Below are positions 28,352-37,085 of a DNA stretch of 46,925 nt, piece by piece. The stretch is from Pseudomonadota bacterium (GTDB lineage Bacteria > Bdellovibrionota_B > Oligoflexia > Oligoflexales > CAIMVM01): positions 1 through 46,925 of the forward strand of contig JBAXBA010000021.1 in NCBI GenBank assembly GCA_037142195.1, in the 5' to 3' direction. The notes below the pieces were generated by a model. The model saw nothing but the letters and a program-made list of their open reading frames with translations, was not told the DNA's origin and ran no database searches. Position numbers and translations under genes: made by a program. Position 1 is the stretch's first letter, and every line of letters starts with the position of its first letter.

Positions 28352-28534
28352 TTGAAGACGGAGATTTCGGGCAGGAGTATGGGCGACGAGATTGCAAAGG
28401 GCCTCCTGGCCATGCGTCAAGTCTGTGCCCATACCTTTGTCCTAGATGAATCGTCGGGCCTAGTCTTTGGTATGCCAGGAGTATCGATCAAAACGGGTGC
28501 CGCGGGGACCAAATCGATGGGAATTGTCCATTAG
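28352..28534 (+). pseudogene. cheB: C-terminal remnant of chemotaxis methylesterase CheB
   Basis: SMGDEIAKGLLAMRQVCAHTFVLDESSGLVFGMPGVSIKTGAA matches the CheB consensus GMGxDGAxGLLAMRxAGAxTxxQDExSxVVFGMPxxAIxxGAA, with degenerate key residues. The rest of the gene is absent. Confidence 0.75.
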
Positions 28535-28599
28535 CTATCGGTACAAGCCAATGAGAAAACCCAAAACGATTCAATTCCCAAATGAATTGGGTTGGCAGA

Positions 28600-29148
28600 T
28601 TAGCGAAGGATGCCTAAGTGAGTGCACTCCATGCTGGCAGCGCCGCCCCACGGTGTGGTCAAATCCGTTTTAAGAACTGCAGTTTTGAGCCAATCTGCTT
28701 GCACGCCATGAAAAGTAGTCGGTTCCCAACGGCCTGTTGGATCTTCGAAAGGATTTTTCTTTATCTGTTCATCAACGCAAGTCTTTTGAGCCGATTCGTC
28801 ATCACGTCTCATCTCAATAGCGGAGCACTGCCACTGGGCAGCATCCGTCGCCAAACCCATGGCTCCGATGTCCAATGCGTGTCGATAGATGAAGCGAGCA
28901 TTGATTCGCGTTGTTCCTAATTCGAGTGTTACCGGAATTTCTCCCTGAAACGCTAAAACGTTATGGCCACGGATAGCAGGGTAGTTAAAAAAGGCTCGAG
29001 GAGATGTTATATTCTGTGTAATTGCATTTACTTCACCTGTAGCCGAATCTTGCCACTGAAGACGGCAGGTAAATTGATCTAGGATGGTACCAGCCCACGC
29101 AGAATTACTGAGAGCCAAACTAAAAAACGCCAAAGCAAAAGATTTCAT
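28600..29148 (-). CDS. Secreted hypothetical protein
   Basis: Sec signal MKSFALAFFSLALSNSAWA, AAGGAG RBS, four cysteines. Confidence 0.8.
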   Translation of the reverse strand: MKSFALAFFSLALSNSAWAGTILDQFTCRLQWQDSATGEVNAITQNITSPRAFFNYPAIRGHNVLAFQGEIPVTLELGTTRINARFIYRHALDIGAMGLATDAAQWQCSAIEMRRDDESAQKTCVDEQIKKNPFEDPTGRWEPTTFHGVQADWLKTAVLKTDLTTPWGGAASMECTHLGILR

Positions 29149-29364
29149 CGGTTTCTCCTTGTATCAAGATTTTGGAAATTTTCTCTCTTATAGCGAATTT
29201 TGTCCATATCTTTATCCTTAGAAACTATTTTAAACGCCATGTTCATTTCTCTCTAAGGACGGATCTTTCCAAGTTAGCCACCAAATTGGTGACATCCTAT
29301 GGAAATTGACGAGCGGCCACTCTTAATGCAGAATCGATTCATTAACCTAGAAGGGAGTCCAAGA

Positions 29365-29952
29365 ATGAGACATATTCTGTTAGCTATATTCTTCCTAGCC
29401 ACCTCATGCCTTCCACCCATGGCCAGCCATGAAACCGCTCGGACGCTTGGTCCAGGCAATCAGGAAATTATAGGCGGCTTTGGGGTTTGCGGCCATGTTT
29501 TGAAGTGGAATGTGGGCATCACCCAAGATCTTGATGTAGGAGTTCAGTGGGAAACCTTCAACTTGGGCCTTAGGGCGAAATATGCATTTATAAATAACAG
29601 TCAGAGCGGCTTTTCTCTTGCGACAGCCCTGGGAGGTGGCAATGTAAATAGTGGAACTTACTACTACGGCGATCTCATGGGTAGCTACTTGGCTGGGGAT
29701 TGGGAGCCTTATGGAACCATTCGGGCGAGTCATACCACTTGTGATTCTGTACAGGATGACACTAAAAAAGGTAAGGAATTAGATAATCTTTTTAAATGTG
29801 AACGAAAAACGTACGACCGCATTCAGTTAGTTTTAGGCACGAAGTACTGGTTGAACGAAAAATGGTTTCTATCACTTGAAGGTGGGAGAGTCTTCGCTGC
29901 TGCAGAGGAATTTCCGACAATTATTGAAACCTCCGTAGGGCGCAAATTTTAG
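29365..29952 (+). CDS. Putative outer-membrane beta-barrel lipoprotein
   Basis: AAGGGAG RBS, lipobox-like LATSC, amphipathic beta-strand pattern, terminal Phe. Confidence 0.7.
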   Translation: MRHILLAIFFLATSCLPPMASHETARTLGPGNQEIIGGFGVCGHVLKWNVGITQDLDVGVQWETFNLGLRAKYAFINNSQSGFSLATALGGGNVNSGTYYYGDLMGSYLAGDWEPYGTIRASHTTCDSVQDDTKKGKELDNLFKCERKTYDRIQLVLGTKYWLNEKWFLSLEGGRVFAAAEEFPTIIETSVGRKF

Positions 29953-30138
29953 GTAAACTTTCTCATTGTCTAAAAGAGGAAACTAGTTTTGCTAGTCGCT
30001 GAACTCGATTCGATACCGGGTCAGGATTCTATTTGAAGTGAACAGAATTCAAAAACAGAGAAACGTTTAAGCTTCGTCTCATTACTTTCATCTTTACTGT
30101 AATTTTTCTTATTTTTCCCACTTGGAATCTGTTCCGAT

Positions 30139-30162
30139 CTCAGTTCCTCAGTTCCTCAGTTG
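30139..30162 (+). repeat. 8-bp tandem repeat
   Basis: CTCAGTTC, CTCAGTTC, CTCAGTTG. Confidence 0.7.
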
Positions 30163-30400
30163 CTTGTAATCAATACAAGATTTCCATATCCCCCAGGCCC
30201 GAAAGAAATCGCTTGAAATGTCGACAGTTGCGCTGTCTATAGGCTGGCATGGAATGCGACAAAACAGAGATCTAGCGCCGTAACATTCTGGATTTATTGG
30301 CATCTGTAGTTGGATCCTTACTTGCTAGGTCTAAGCTATGGCCAGTCTATGGTAATTAGGTTGGCCTAGGGATACTCTAGGAATGATTTCGGGGGATGCG

Positions 30401-32314
30401 GTGATTTTTAGTTTTAGAAATAGCTTTTGGGTTTTAGCAGCATTGATATTCTTTACGGGCTGCACGAGGTCGGAATCAAGTATAAAAAACACGGATCCAG
30501 AATTTTGGGCTAAGCGAGCTTGGTTGGAAAAGGCTTCTAGAGCTTTACGTTTTGGGGATGGTGTGAGTCCATCGGAAGATGTTGACTCTCTTATGTCCAA
30601 ATCTAAAGAGCAAATCATTGACATATTTATGCAAGACAAACGGTTTATGGACACTGTGGTGGACTTTAATCTCTTTTTTCTGGGTCTTAAAGATAAGTCT
30701 TTTTTCTATACTATGCCGGATGGTGCGCGGACTTATATTGGAGTCGATCTCTCCCCCCATGCGTTCACAGCTGCTCGCGCTGTTTGGGAAGGGAAAGACT
30801 ACTTCTCACTTTTTGATTTAAATCAGCCGCTGTATCTTCAATCAGGAATGAATTCAATTAATGCAGGAGAAAATACAACAAATAAACCAGAGCGTGAATT
30901 TCGTATAGATGCTTTAAATCAGTCGTTACTTGAAACTGATTCCCTATTGGATTTTATTAAAGCAACCAAAGATAAACAAGGCGCTGATATAAAAGCTTTT
31001 TGCGAAGAAGCCGGTAAGAAACAACAGCTCGTATCTGATGGAATTGAAAAAGCAGGCATTCCTTATCAAATCAGAGATGAAATCTTTAAGTTTGGTGGAA
31101 TTTCGCGAGAGTTGGTGTTTGGATGCTTCTTGGATCCGTTGTCTCTTCAATTTGATACTATCTTAACGGAAACTCTTGTCTCTAAAGCAAGCCTTTTAAA
31201 GCTCAAAGATATTTTGGACTTTCCAGGGGTTGTATCGCCGCCCAAAGTTCAAAGTCCTTTAGATATCGTGGCACTTAAAGATGGGGACTTTGGTATTCAG
31301 AGATCCGAGGTCTTTTTTAGCGATCAAACTTGGAATGTTCTTCCAAACTCATCAACCAACTACAATCGAAAACGGGCAGCCTACATACTTAAGAATTATT
31401 TTTGTGACGATTTAACACCTATCAATATCGCACTACCTAGCATGCATGCAGGCAATAAACATGCATCTGACCCTTCCTGCGCGTCTTGCCATTACAAAAT
31501 GGATCCTATGGCTGGATTTTTCAGAAATATTGGTGTCTTAGGAAATGATTTCGAAAATACAAAGGCTCTCGTCTTTGATGACGGTGCCATTGTTAAAAAT
31601 GAAGCCTTTAGCAACTATTTGAGTGCTTGGCTCGCTCCTGCAGAAGCGGGAAGAAAGTGGAATGTGGGCTACATTCGGTCAGCAACGGATTCGTCCCGTA
31701 ATACTTATGGGGAGTCCCTGCAAGATCTGGTGAGCATAATTAAAAATTCTTCCGAAGTTAAGCAGTGCATAACAAAAAGAATGACCGAATATTATTTAGG
31801 AAAAGATCAAGTCTATGATACAGAATGGGTGAATAGTCTTGCTCAGAGATTTGAACAGGCTAAAGATAACCCCAATACAGGGGACAGCAGCCAGGCCTTT
31901 AAAGACATCACGAAAGGCCTCTTGCTAAGCAATACCTTTGTTAAGGCAGATCCTGAGAAAAATCAATGTTATGACTTTGCTCCCGGTCACGAAAACTCAA
32001 CTCTCCCTTGTGAGATCTCTTACTTAATTAAAAAGAACTGTGTCCAATGCCATAGTAGCAACGGCGCGGCAGGAGGACTGGATTTGTCTTCTTGGAAGAC
32101 TCAGGGCAATGGAGAGACTAACTTTAACCATCTCCATAAGGCTGGCCTTCAACAATCAAAAAAGATTACGTTTGAGAGGCTTTTAGAAGGGCTATCCACG
32201 GCAGATGAAGCCAAATTGATGCCTTTAAATAAGTTCATGAGCCCAACTGAACGTGCCCAAATCTATAAGTGGGTGAGTCGAGAAGCTTCATCCGTTTCAG
32301 GAGGACGACCATAA
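30401..32314 (+). CDS. Di-heme c-type cytochrome lipoprotein (DUF1588/DUF1585-like core)
   Basis: Lipobox FTGC. CASCH (31478-31492) in an SCASCHYKMDPMAGF context. CVQCH (32039-32053) with GGLDL and a distal LMP. Start GTG 30401 or ATG 30383. Confidence 0.8.
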   Translation: MIFSFRNSFWVLAALIFFTGCTRSESSIKNTDPEFWAKRAWLEKASRALRFGDGVSPSEDVDSLMSKSKEQIIDIFMQDKRFMDTVVDFNLFFLGLKDKSFFYTMPDGARTYIGVDLSPHAFTAARAVWEGKDYFSLFDLNQPLYLQSGMNSINAGENTTNKPEREFRIDALNQSLLETDSLLDFIKATKDKQGADIKAFCEEAGKKQQLVSDGIEKAGIPYQIRDEIFKFGGISRELVFGCFLDPLSLQFDTILTETLVSKASLLKLKDILDFPGVVSPPKVQSPLDIVALKDGDFGIQRSEVFFSDQTWNVLPNSSTNYNRKRAAYILKNYFCDDLTPINIALPSMHAGNKHASDPSCASCHYKMDPMAGFFRNIGVLGNDFENTKALVFDDGAIVKNEAFSNYLSAWLAPAEAGRKWNVGYIRSATDSSRNTYGESLQDLVSIIKNSSEVKQCITKRMTEYYLGKDQVYDTEWVNSLAQRFEQAKDNPNTGDSSQAFKDITKGLLLSNTFVKADPEKNQCYDFAPGHENSTLPCEISYLIKKNCVQCHSSNGAAGGLDLSSWKTQGNGETNFNHLHKAGLQQSKKITFERLLEGLSTADEAKLMPLNKFMSPTERAQIYKWVSREASSVSGGRP

Positions 32315-32991
32315 TGCGCTATTGGAATAAGTTCTGTGCTTCTCGAGTCTCAAAATTTTGGAGTTACGGCTTAGCGGTTGCACTGTTGCTCAGCTCTTCC
32401 GGATGCAGTCGGAGGAAAGACTCTTTTGAGATTAAAGCAGCCGGAAATCGAGTAGGTGAGTTTAAGGGTATCCTTGCGACGAATAAAATCATCGCAACAC
32501 GTCTCTTTAAGGCAGGAGAATTGCAGTTTGCATTGTCTCAATATTTGGGAAGTGAAACATCTGTCATGGAACTGTTGGGGATATACTCCAATGTCGGCCC
32601 CCTCAACGATTTTCGAAATGGCACGCCCAATTCTTTAAACATGCTTCTTTGGAATATTGCACTTTCCGGGCTGTCCTCAGATATAGCGGAGTCCTGTGGC
32701 TCCCCGCAAATTGTAATCGAAGGATCTTTAAAAATTGACTACAACCCCCAATTTGCCGAACGACTGGGAGCCTTGTGTAAGGGGCCGGCTCTAGACTTTA
32801 AAAATGAAGAGAGCCTTCTGAACTTTTGGTGGGCTGTAGAAGGATTTGATGCGCCTAGAGAAGAGTACCTCGCTTGGCGCGACTTCTTTATGAGTCCGCA
32901 GTCTCCTTATGCAAAGGCTGCAAGTAAAGAAGTGATCCATGCGATGCTCAAAATAATGTTCTTAAATCCTTACTTCCTTTTAGAAAATTAG
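32314..32991 (+). CDS. Hypothetical lipoprotein
   Basis: AGGAGG RBS, TAATG stop/start overlap with the upstream gene, lipobox SSGC, C-terminal LNPYFLL. Confidence 0.75.
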   Translation: MRYWNKFCASRVSKFWSYGLAVALLLSSSGCSRRKDSFEIKAAGNRVGEFKGILATNKIIATRLFKAGELQFALSQYLGSETSVMELLGIYSNVGPLNDFRNGTPNSLNMLLWNIALSGLSSDIAESCGSPQIVIEGSLKIDYNPQFAERLGALCKGPALDFKNEESLLNFWWAVEGFDAPREEYLAWRDFFMSPQSPYAKAASKEVIHAMLKIMFLNPYFLLEN

Positions 32992-33034
32992 ACAAAAAGA
33001 AAACTAATCAGAACTTTTTTTGAAAGCAATATTT

Positions 33035-34438
33035 ATGACACTTTATTCTAGACGCAAAGTTTTAAAATCAGGAGCAGCAATCACTGGCGGTCTATGCCTC
33101 GCGCAGAATCGATTTGCTCTAGGAGAGCCTACTAAAGAGCCTCACTTTTATCTTCAGCTCTATTATAGTGGTGGATTTGATTCTTCGTATTTGTTTGATG
33201 CGCGTCCGCTAAGCTTCACAGCTGCGGGTAAGATTCAAAATTACCTTGGACAAGATCCAACACCTTGGGTTGGTTCTAATGGGCAGTCCTGTCTGGCTAG
33301 CTCGTTGGTAGCTCCGCTAGTGCCCTTTAGAGAACATTTCTCTGTTATAAATGGCGTTTTAGCTCCTAGCCGTGATGACGGACACGACCAGAATAGAAAT
33401 GTTCTCTTTACTGGAAATTCTTTCGGCGGTGAAAGCTACTTTCCCTTTTTGAATGAAGTCTTGACCCCAAGGGGCTCCCTTGATTTCTTTATTTCTGGAG
33501 ATCTTTCCGTGCCATTTTCTAATGGGATGTCCTCCATTTCCTTGAAAGCGGAAGGAGTTTCCTCCTTTTCCAAATTAGTCGCAAATAGTAAGGGCCTGTC
33601 ATCTCAAGAACCAGCCGTAGATTTTGTCCGTAGCAGGCTGCAACTGGGGTCCAATGGGCCAGGCAGATTTTCCGAGGGTATTCGAAACATGCTCACGGGT
33701 TTAAATGAGTCGTATAGTGTGGCCAATAAGTTTAGAAATATAGACACTCAGTTGGGGCAAAGTGACAGCCGCATTTTAAAAGAGTTAAAGTCCGCTCATA
33801 AGCTTTTTGTTAGTGGAATTACAAATACCTTTGTTATTTCTGATGTCTCTAACCGTAACAACCTTATTGATTTAGATACTCATGATGGGGAGTCCGCTTC
33901 ACAACAACCAGCTACTTATGCGGCCATCGTGGCAGAAATTGCTGAAACATTTTCCTTTTTGAAGTCTACCGTATTTGATGAATCGAAAGGATTAAGCCTA
34001 CTCGACGTAACGACCGTTCTCATCTCTTCTGAGTTTAATCGTACGAATTATCAAGAAGGTATGTCGATGGATAAGACGGGCACAGACCATAACTCCCTTT
34101 CAAATATGATGCTTATTGGCGGTAAAGGCATTAAAGGCGGACAGGTCATAGGTGCAACGGATCTAGATGTCTTAGATGATAAAGGTTTATATCAGAACTT
34201 GTCTAAGGCTCACTTAGAGTTTGATCCAGAACTCATCAAGCGAATGGGAAAGCCGTTTGACTTTGATACGATGCGTCCTGCTTCAGAAAGCCAAGAAGAT
34301 TTCAACGCAGATCAATATTTAACTATGGCTTCCATTGCCAATACAATTTTAAAAATGTATGGCTGTGATGAGTCTAAGTACTGGTCCAACACTCGAAATT
34401 CCGGTAAGGCTAAAATACTATCTGGTCTTTTAACTTAA
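33035..34438 (+). CDS. Tat-exported DUF1501-family protein
   Basis: SRRKVLK twin-arginine motif. GGFD, DTH, SEFNRT, GTDH and GGKGIKGGQVIGATD motifs. Confidence 0.85.
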   Translation: MTLYSRRKVLKSGAAITGGLCLAQNRFALGEPTKEPHFYLQLYYSGGFDSSYLFDARPLSFTAAGKIQNYLGQDPTPWVGSNGQSCLASSLVAPLVPFREHFSVINGVLAPSRDDGHDQNRNVLFTGNSFGGESYFPFLNEVLTPRGSLDFFISGDLSVPFSNGMSSISLKAEGVSSFSKLVANSKGLSSQEPAVDFVRSRLQLGSNGPGRFSEGIRNMLTGLNESYSVANKFRNIDTQLGQSDSRILKELKSAHKLFVSGITNTFVISDVSNRNNLIDLDTHDGESASQQPATYAAIVAEIAETFSFLKSTVFDESKGLSLLDVTTVLISSEFNRTNYQEGMSMDKTGTDHNSLSNMMLIGGKGIKGGQVIGATDLDVLDDKGLYQNLSKAHLEFDPELIKRMGKPFDFDTMRPASESQEDFNADQYLTMASIANTILKMYGCDESKYWSNTRNSGKAKILSGLLT

Positions 34439-34592
34439 TTGGCGCTTCATGAAGCCAAAGTCTATTCACGGGAATTGTTAAAAGTCGTTCGTGATAACAT
34501 GAGCCTATTTTGGTAGAGACTCCCATTCGATTTGTAACATCCTATAATTATTGCTCTAGATGTCCGGAGTAAGTTTTGCCGCCCTTCATTCT

Positions 34593-34620
34593 TAAAGGTC
34601 ATAGGTGGTCTGACCGATTA
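34593..34620 (+). promoter_or_regulatory. Putative sigma28 (FliA)-type promoter
   Basis: TAAAG-16 bp-CCGATTA, 35 bp upstream of ATG 34656. Confidence 0.45.
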
Positions 34621-34655
34621 CCCTAGAGCTAGTAAATAGAGATGCGGGGTGTGAG

Positions 34656-36866
34656 ATGTTATCTGGATTTGCATTAAAGAACGGAGCATTGCTTCTCTCG
34701 ACTGAGGCACCCGGTGGTATTTATAATGCCGAGCAGCTCCGAAAAATAGCTCAGATCAGTGAAGACACTTCGATGATTGTTAAAGTTACTGAAGATCAAC
34801 GTTTAGCTATAGTGGTTAGTAAAGACCAAGTCTCCAAAATAACGCAAGATCTTTCTGAAGTGGGATTAGAGGTTCGTAATTATCAAGAAGGGCTCCATCA
34901 AGCAACTTCCTGCTTAGGAAAGCTGTGCTCTGAGCATGAGCAAGATGCACTTAAGAGCGCTGTACAAATTACAGAAGCGATGAAGGGAGTCACCACAAGC
35001 ACACCCCTCAAAATTGGTCTTAACGGATGCAGCCGGTGCTGTAATCCAACTCATACATTAGATATTTCCATTGTCGGCGATGCGTCTGGATACCGTATTG
35101 CCCTTGGTGGAAAGTCAGCGATGATTCCTGAATTTGGTCAATTTGTTGCGGAATCAGTTCCTTCGGAAAAACTTCCTCTTCTTATGAGATCTGTAGTCGA
35201 AATGTATTCCAAGCTTGGAAGCTCTGATGGCTCCATGCAAGATCTCATTGAGCGTGTAGGCCTCGGTCCATTTGCAAAGATTCTAGCGCCGTGGAGCCAG
35301 GATGCTGGCGTTGGAGAGAGTTTTTCAACAAGTTCTTCTTCTGAAGAAGAATTGAGCAGCCTCTCTTCGGAAGAGGATGCGCTGGAACTGCCCACAGACT
35401 CTTCAGTTGTAGGCGATGAATTGTCGGATCTAGACCTTCAGCTTGATCTTCAGGTCGACGATCAGGAATTGAATTTTGAGGAAAACTTGGAGGTCGAAGA
35501 GACAGCTCAAGAAACCACAGAGGAGTTGGGTGCGGATTTAGGTGCGGATTTAGGCGCGGTTTTAGGCGCGGATTTAGGCGCGGATTTAGGCGCGGATTTA
35601 GGAAGTCTCGAAGAGATTTCTGACTTGGAGTCTGATGCATTAGATAGTATTGAGCTGGACATGGATGACTTAGAAAGCGCCGTTGGGGAAAGCTCTAATA
35701 CCCCGGCATCTCATCACTCAGCCTCTGTTAGCTCCGAGCCTCAGTTAGATGGCCTCGATGACATTGATCTCTCAGGTTTTGAAGACGCCCAGCTAGATTC
35801 GGAAATCTCAGCGGATATGGCCATAGAATCGAGTGCCTCTCATTCTGCTTCCGGTATGAAAATGACTCTAGATGAATCTGAAGATGTGGCGATTGGCTTA
35901 GATGGACTTGAGTCCATGGACTCTTTAGACGTTCCTATTCATGAAATGCCAGAGCTTGATCTAGATGAAGGCATAGAGTCAAAAATTGATAAGATTGCAG
36001 ATAGCAGTGACCATGAATCTCTTCCAGAAAGCATTCAAGCGCTAGAATGTGAGCTTTCTGAAGATGATCAAGATTTAGAGTCAATTGTCGGAGATGTTTC
36101 TTTTGAGGCAGAAGATGCGTTGGGAGATTCTCTTGGTGAGGTTTCAGAGCAGGACCAAGAATTAGAGCAGATCAATTCCGATTTTGATGATGTCGCCCTT
36201 TTGGAATCTGAAGAACCGGTGAGTGCTGCTCCAGAGACGTCACCGGCGGTTCCAGCAGAACTGGAAAATGACGATTTGAGCGAATTTGGAAATCTTGTTG
36301 GAAAAGAAGCTACTGAGGAAGATGCGGATGAACTAGAGAAGAAACTTGATTCTGAGGTTGACGAACAATTGAGTTTTCAACATCTATCTGAAGATGACAA
36401 CGAAGCCAATCGATTAGAAACCTTGAGTCTTCTTGAAGATGATAGTTTGGATAACGTTAGCGCAGAGGTCCTATCGGCCGATGAATCGGATCTTTTGGAT
36501 AGAGACTCAACCGCTTTAGAAGATCTTTCGTTTCAATCCGACGAACAAACGGCTACAGTAGGTTCTGAATTACATCAAAGTGATGTCTCAAGCGAATCAT
36601 CTGGTTCTCAAGACTCGAATGTAAAACCGTTTAAATCGGCACCTCAATCCAAAGTTTCATTACAGGATATGGATATCTCCTCCACTGGAGGCATTTACCT
36701 CCGTTTTACAAATGGACTGGAGTTAGAACTGGGAAGCGAGATTTTTGATGGCACGAAAAAAGCTATGAAATTTGCGGGAATGACTCTTAAAATAGATTCG
36801 ACGGGCGGCAATCGTTTGGTAGAATTAGATGGGCTTAAATTTTCTGTTCCTTCCCATGCGGCCTAG
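34656..36866 (+). CDS. Nitrite/sulfite-reductase-like Fe-S module fused to a long acidic low-complexity region
   Basis: First ~213 aa: PGG..QLRKIA..T..QRL ferredoxin-like half domain, then SCLGKLC and KIGLNGCSRCC...DISIVG...GG. About 450 aa dominated by D/E/S/L follow, then a ~70-aa beta-rich tail. Confidence 0.8.
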   Translation: MLSGFALKNGALLLSTEAPGGIYNAEQLRKIAQISEDTSMIVKVTEDQRLAIVVSKDQVSKITQDLSEVGLEVRNYQEGLHQATSCLGKLCSEHEQDALKSAVQITEAMKGVTTSTPLKIGLNGCSRCCNPTHTLDISIVGDASGYRIALGGKSAMIPEFGQFVAESVPSEKLPLLMRSVVEMYSKLGSSDGSMQDLIERVGLGPFAKILAPWSQDAGVGESFSTSSSSEEELSSLSSEEDALELPTDSSVVGDELSDLDLQLDLQVDDQELNFEENLEVEETAQETTEELGADLGADLGAVLGADLGADLGADLGSLEEISDLESDALDSIELDMDDLESAVGESSNTPASHHSASVSSEPQLDGLDDIDLSGFEDAQLDSEISADMAIESSASHSASGMKMTLDESEDVAIGLDGLESMDSLDVPIHEMPELDLDEGIESKIDKIADSSDHESLPESIQALECELSEDDQDLESIVGDVSFEAEDALGDSLGEVSEQDQELEQINSDFDDVALLESEEPVSAAPETSPAVPAELENDDLSEFGNLVGKEATEEDADELEKKLDSEVDEQLSFQHLSEDDNEANRLETLSLLEDDSLDNVSAEVLSADESDLLDRDSTALEDLSFQSDEQTATVGSELHQSDVSSESSGSQDSNVKPFKSAPQSKVSLQDMDISSTGGIYLRFTNGLELELGSEIFDGTKKAMKFAGMTLKIDSTGGNRLVELDGLKFSVPSHAA
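35529..35600 (+). repeat. In-frame 12-bp VNTR encoding (GADL)n
   Basis: Six units of GGYGCGGWTTTA, five GADL and one GAVL. Confidence 0.95.
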
Positions 36867-37085
36867 AATGGGCCGTCGACACAAAACTTATTTTAGGTGC
36901 CTAGGTGTTATCGCCTTGGTTCCCTTGTAAGCGTCAAATAAACGCTTTTTGACCACATGGTTGTGGCGGACTCAGATTCCATGAAGTTACTAGTCTCATC
37001 TAAGATATTTCCATTGTGCAAGCAATCCCTAACCTTGACGCACTAGGGTCCCGATGTTGTGATGGCAAGGGGAATGTAAAAACAG

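Noticed and set aside
35245..35640. Antisense ORF with NPRL repeats, and ORF 42882..43238 with SAILFQRFCF repeats
   Set aside because: Shadows of the VNTRs on the opposite strand of or overlapping well-supported genes.
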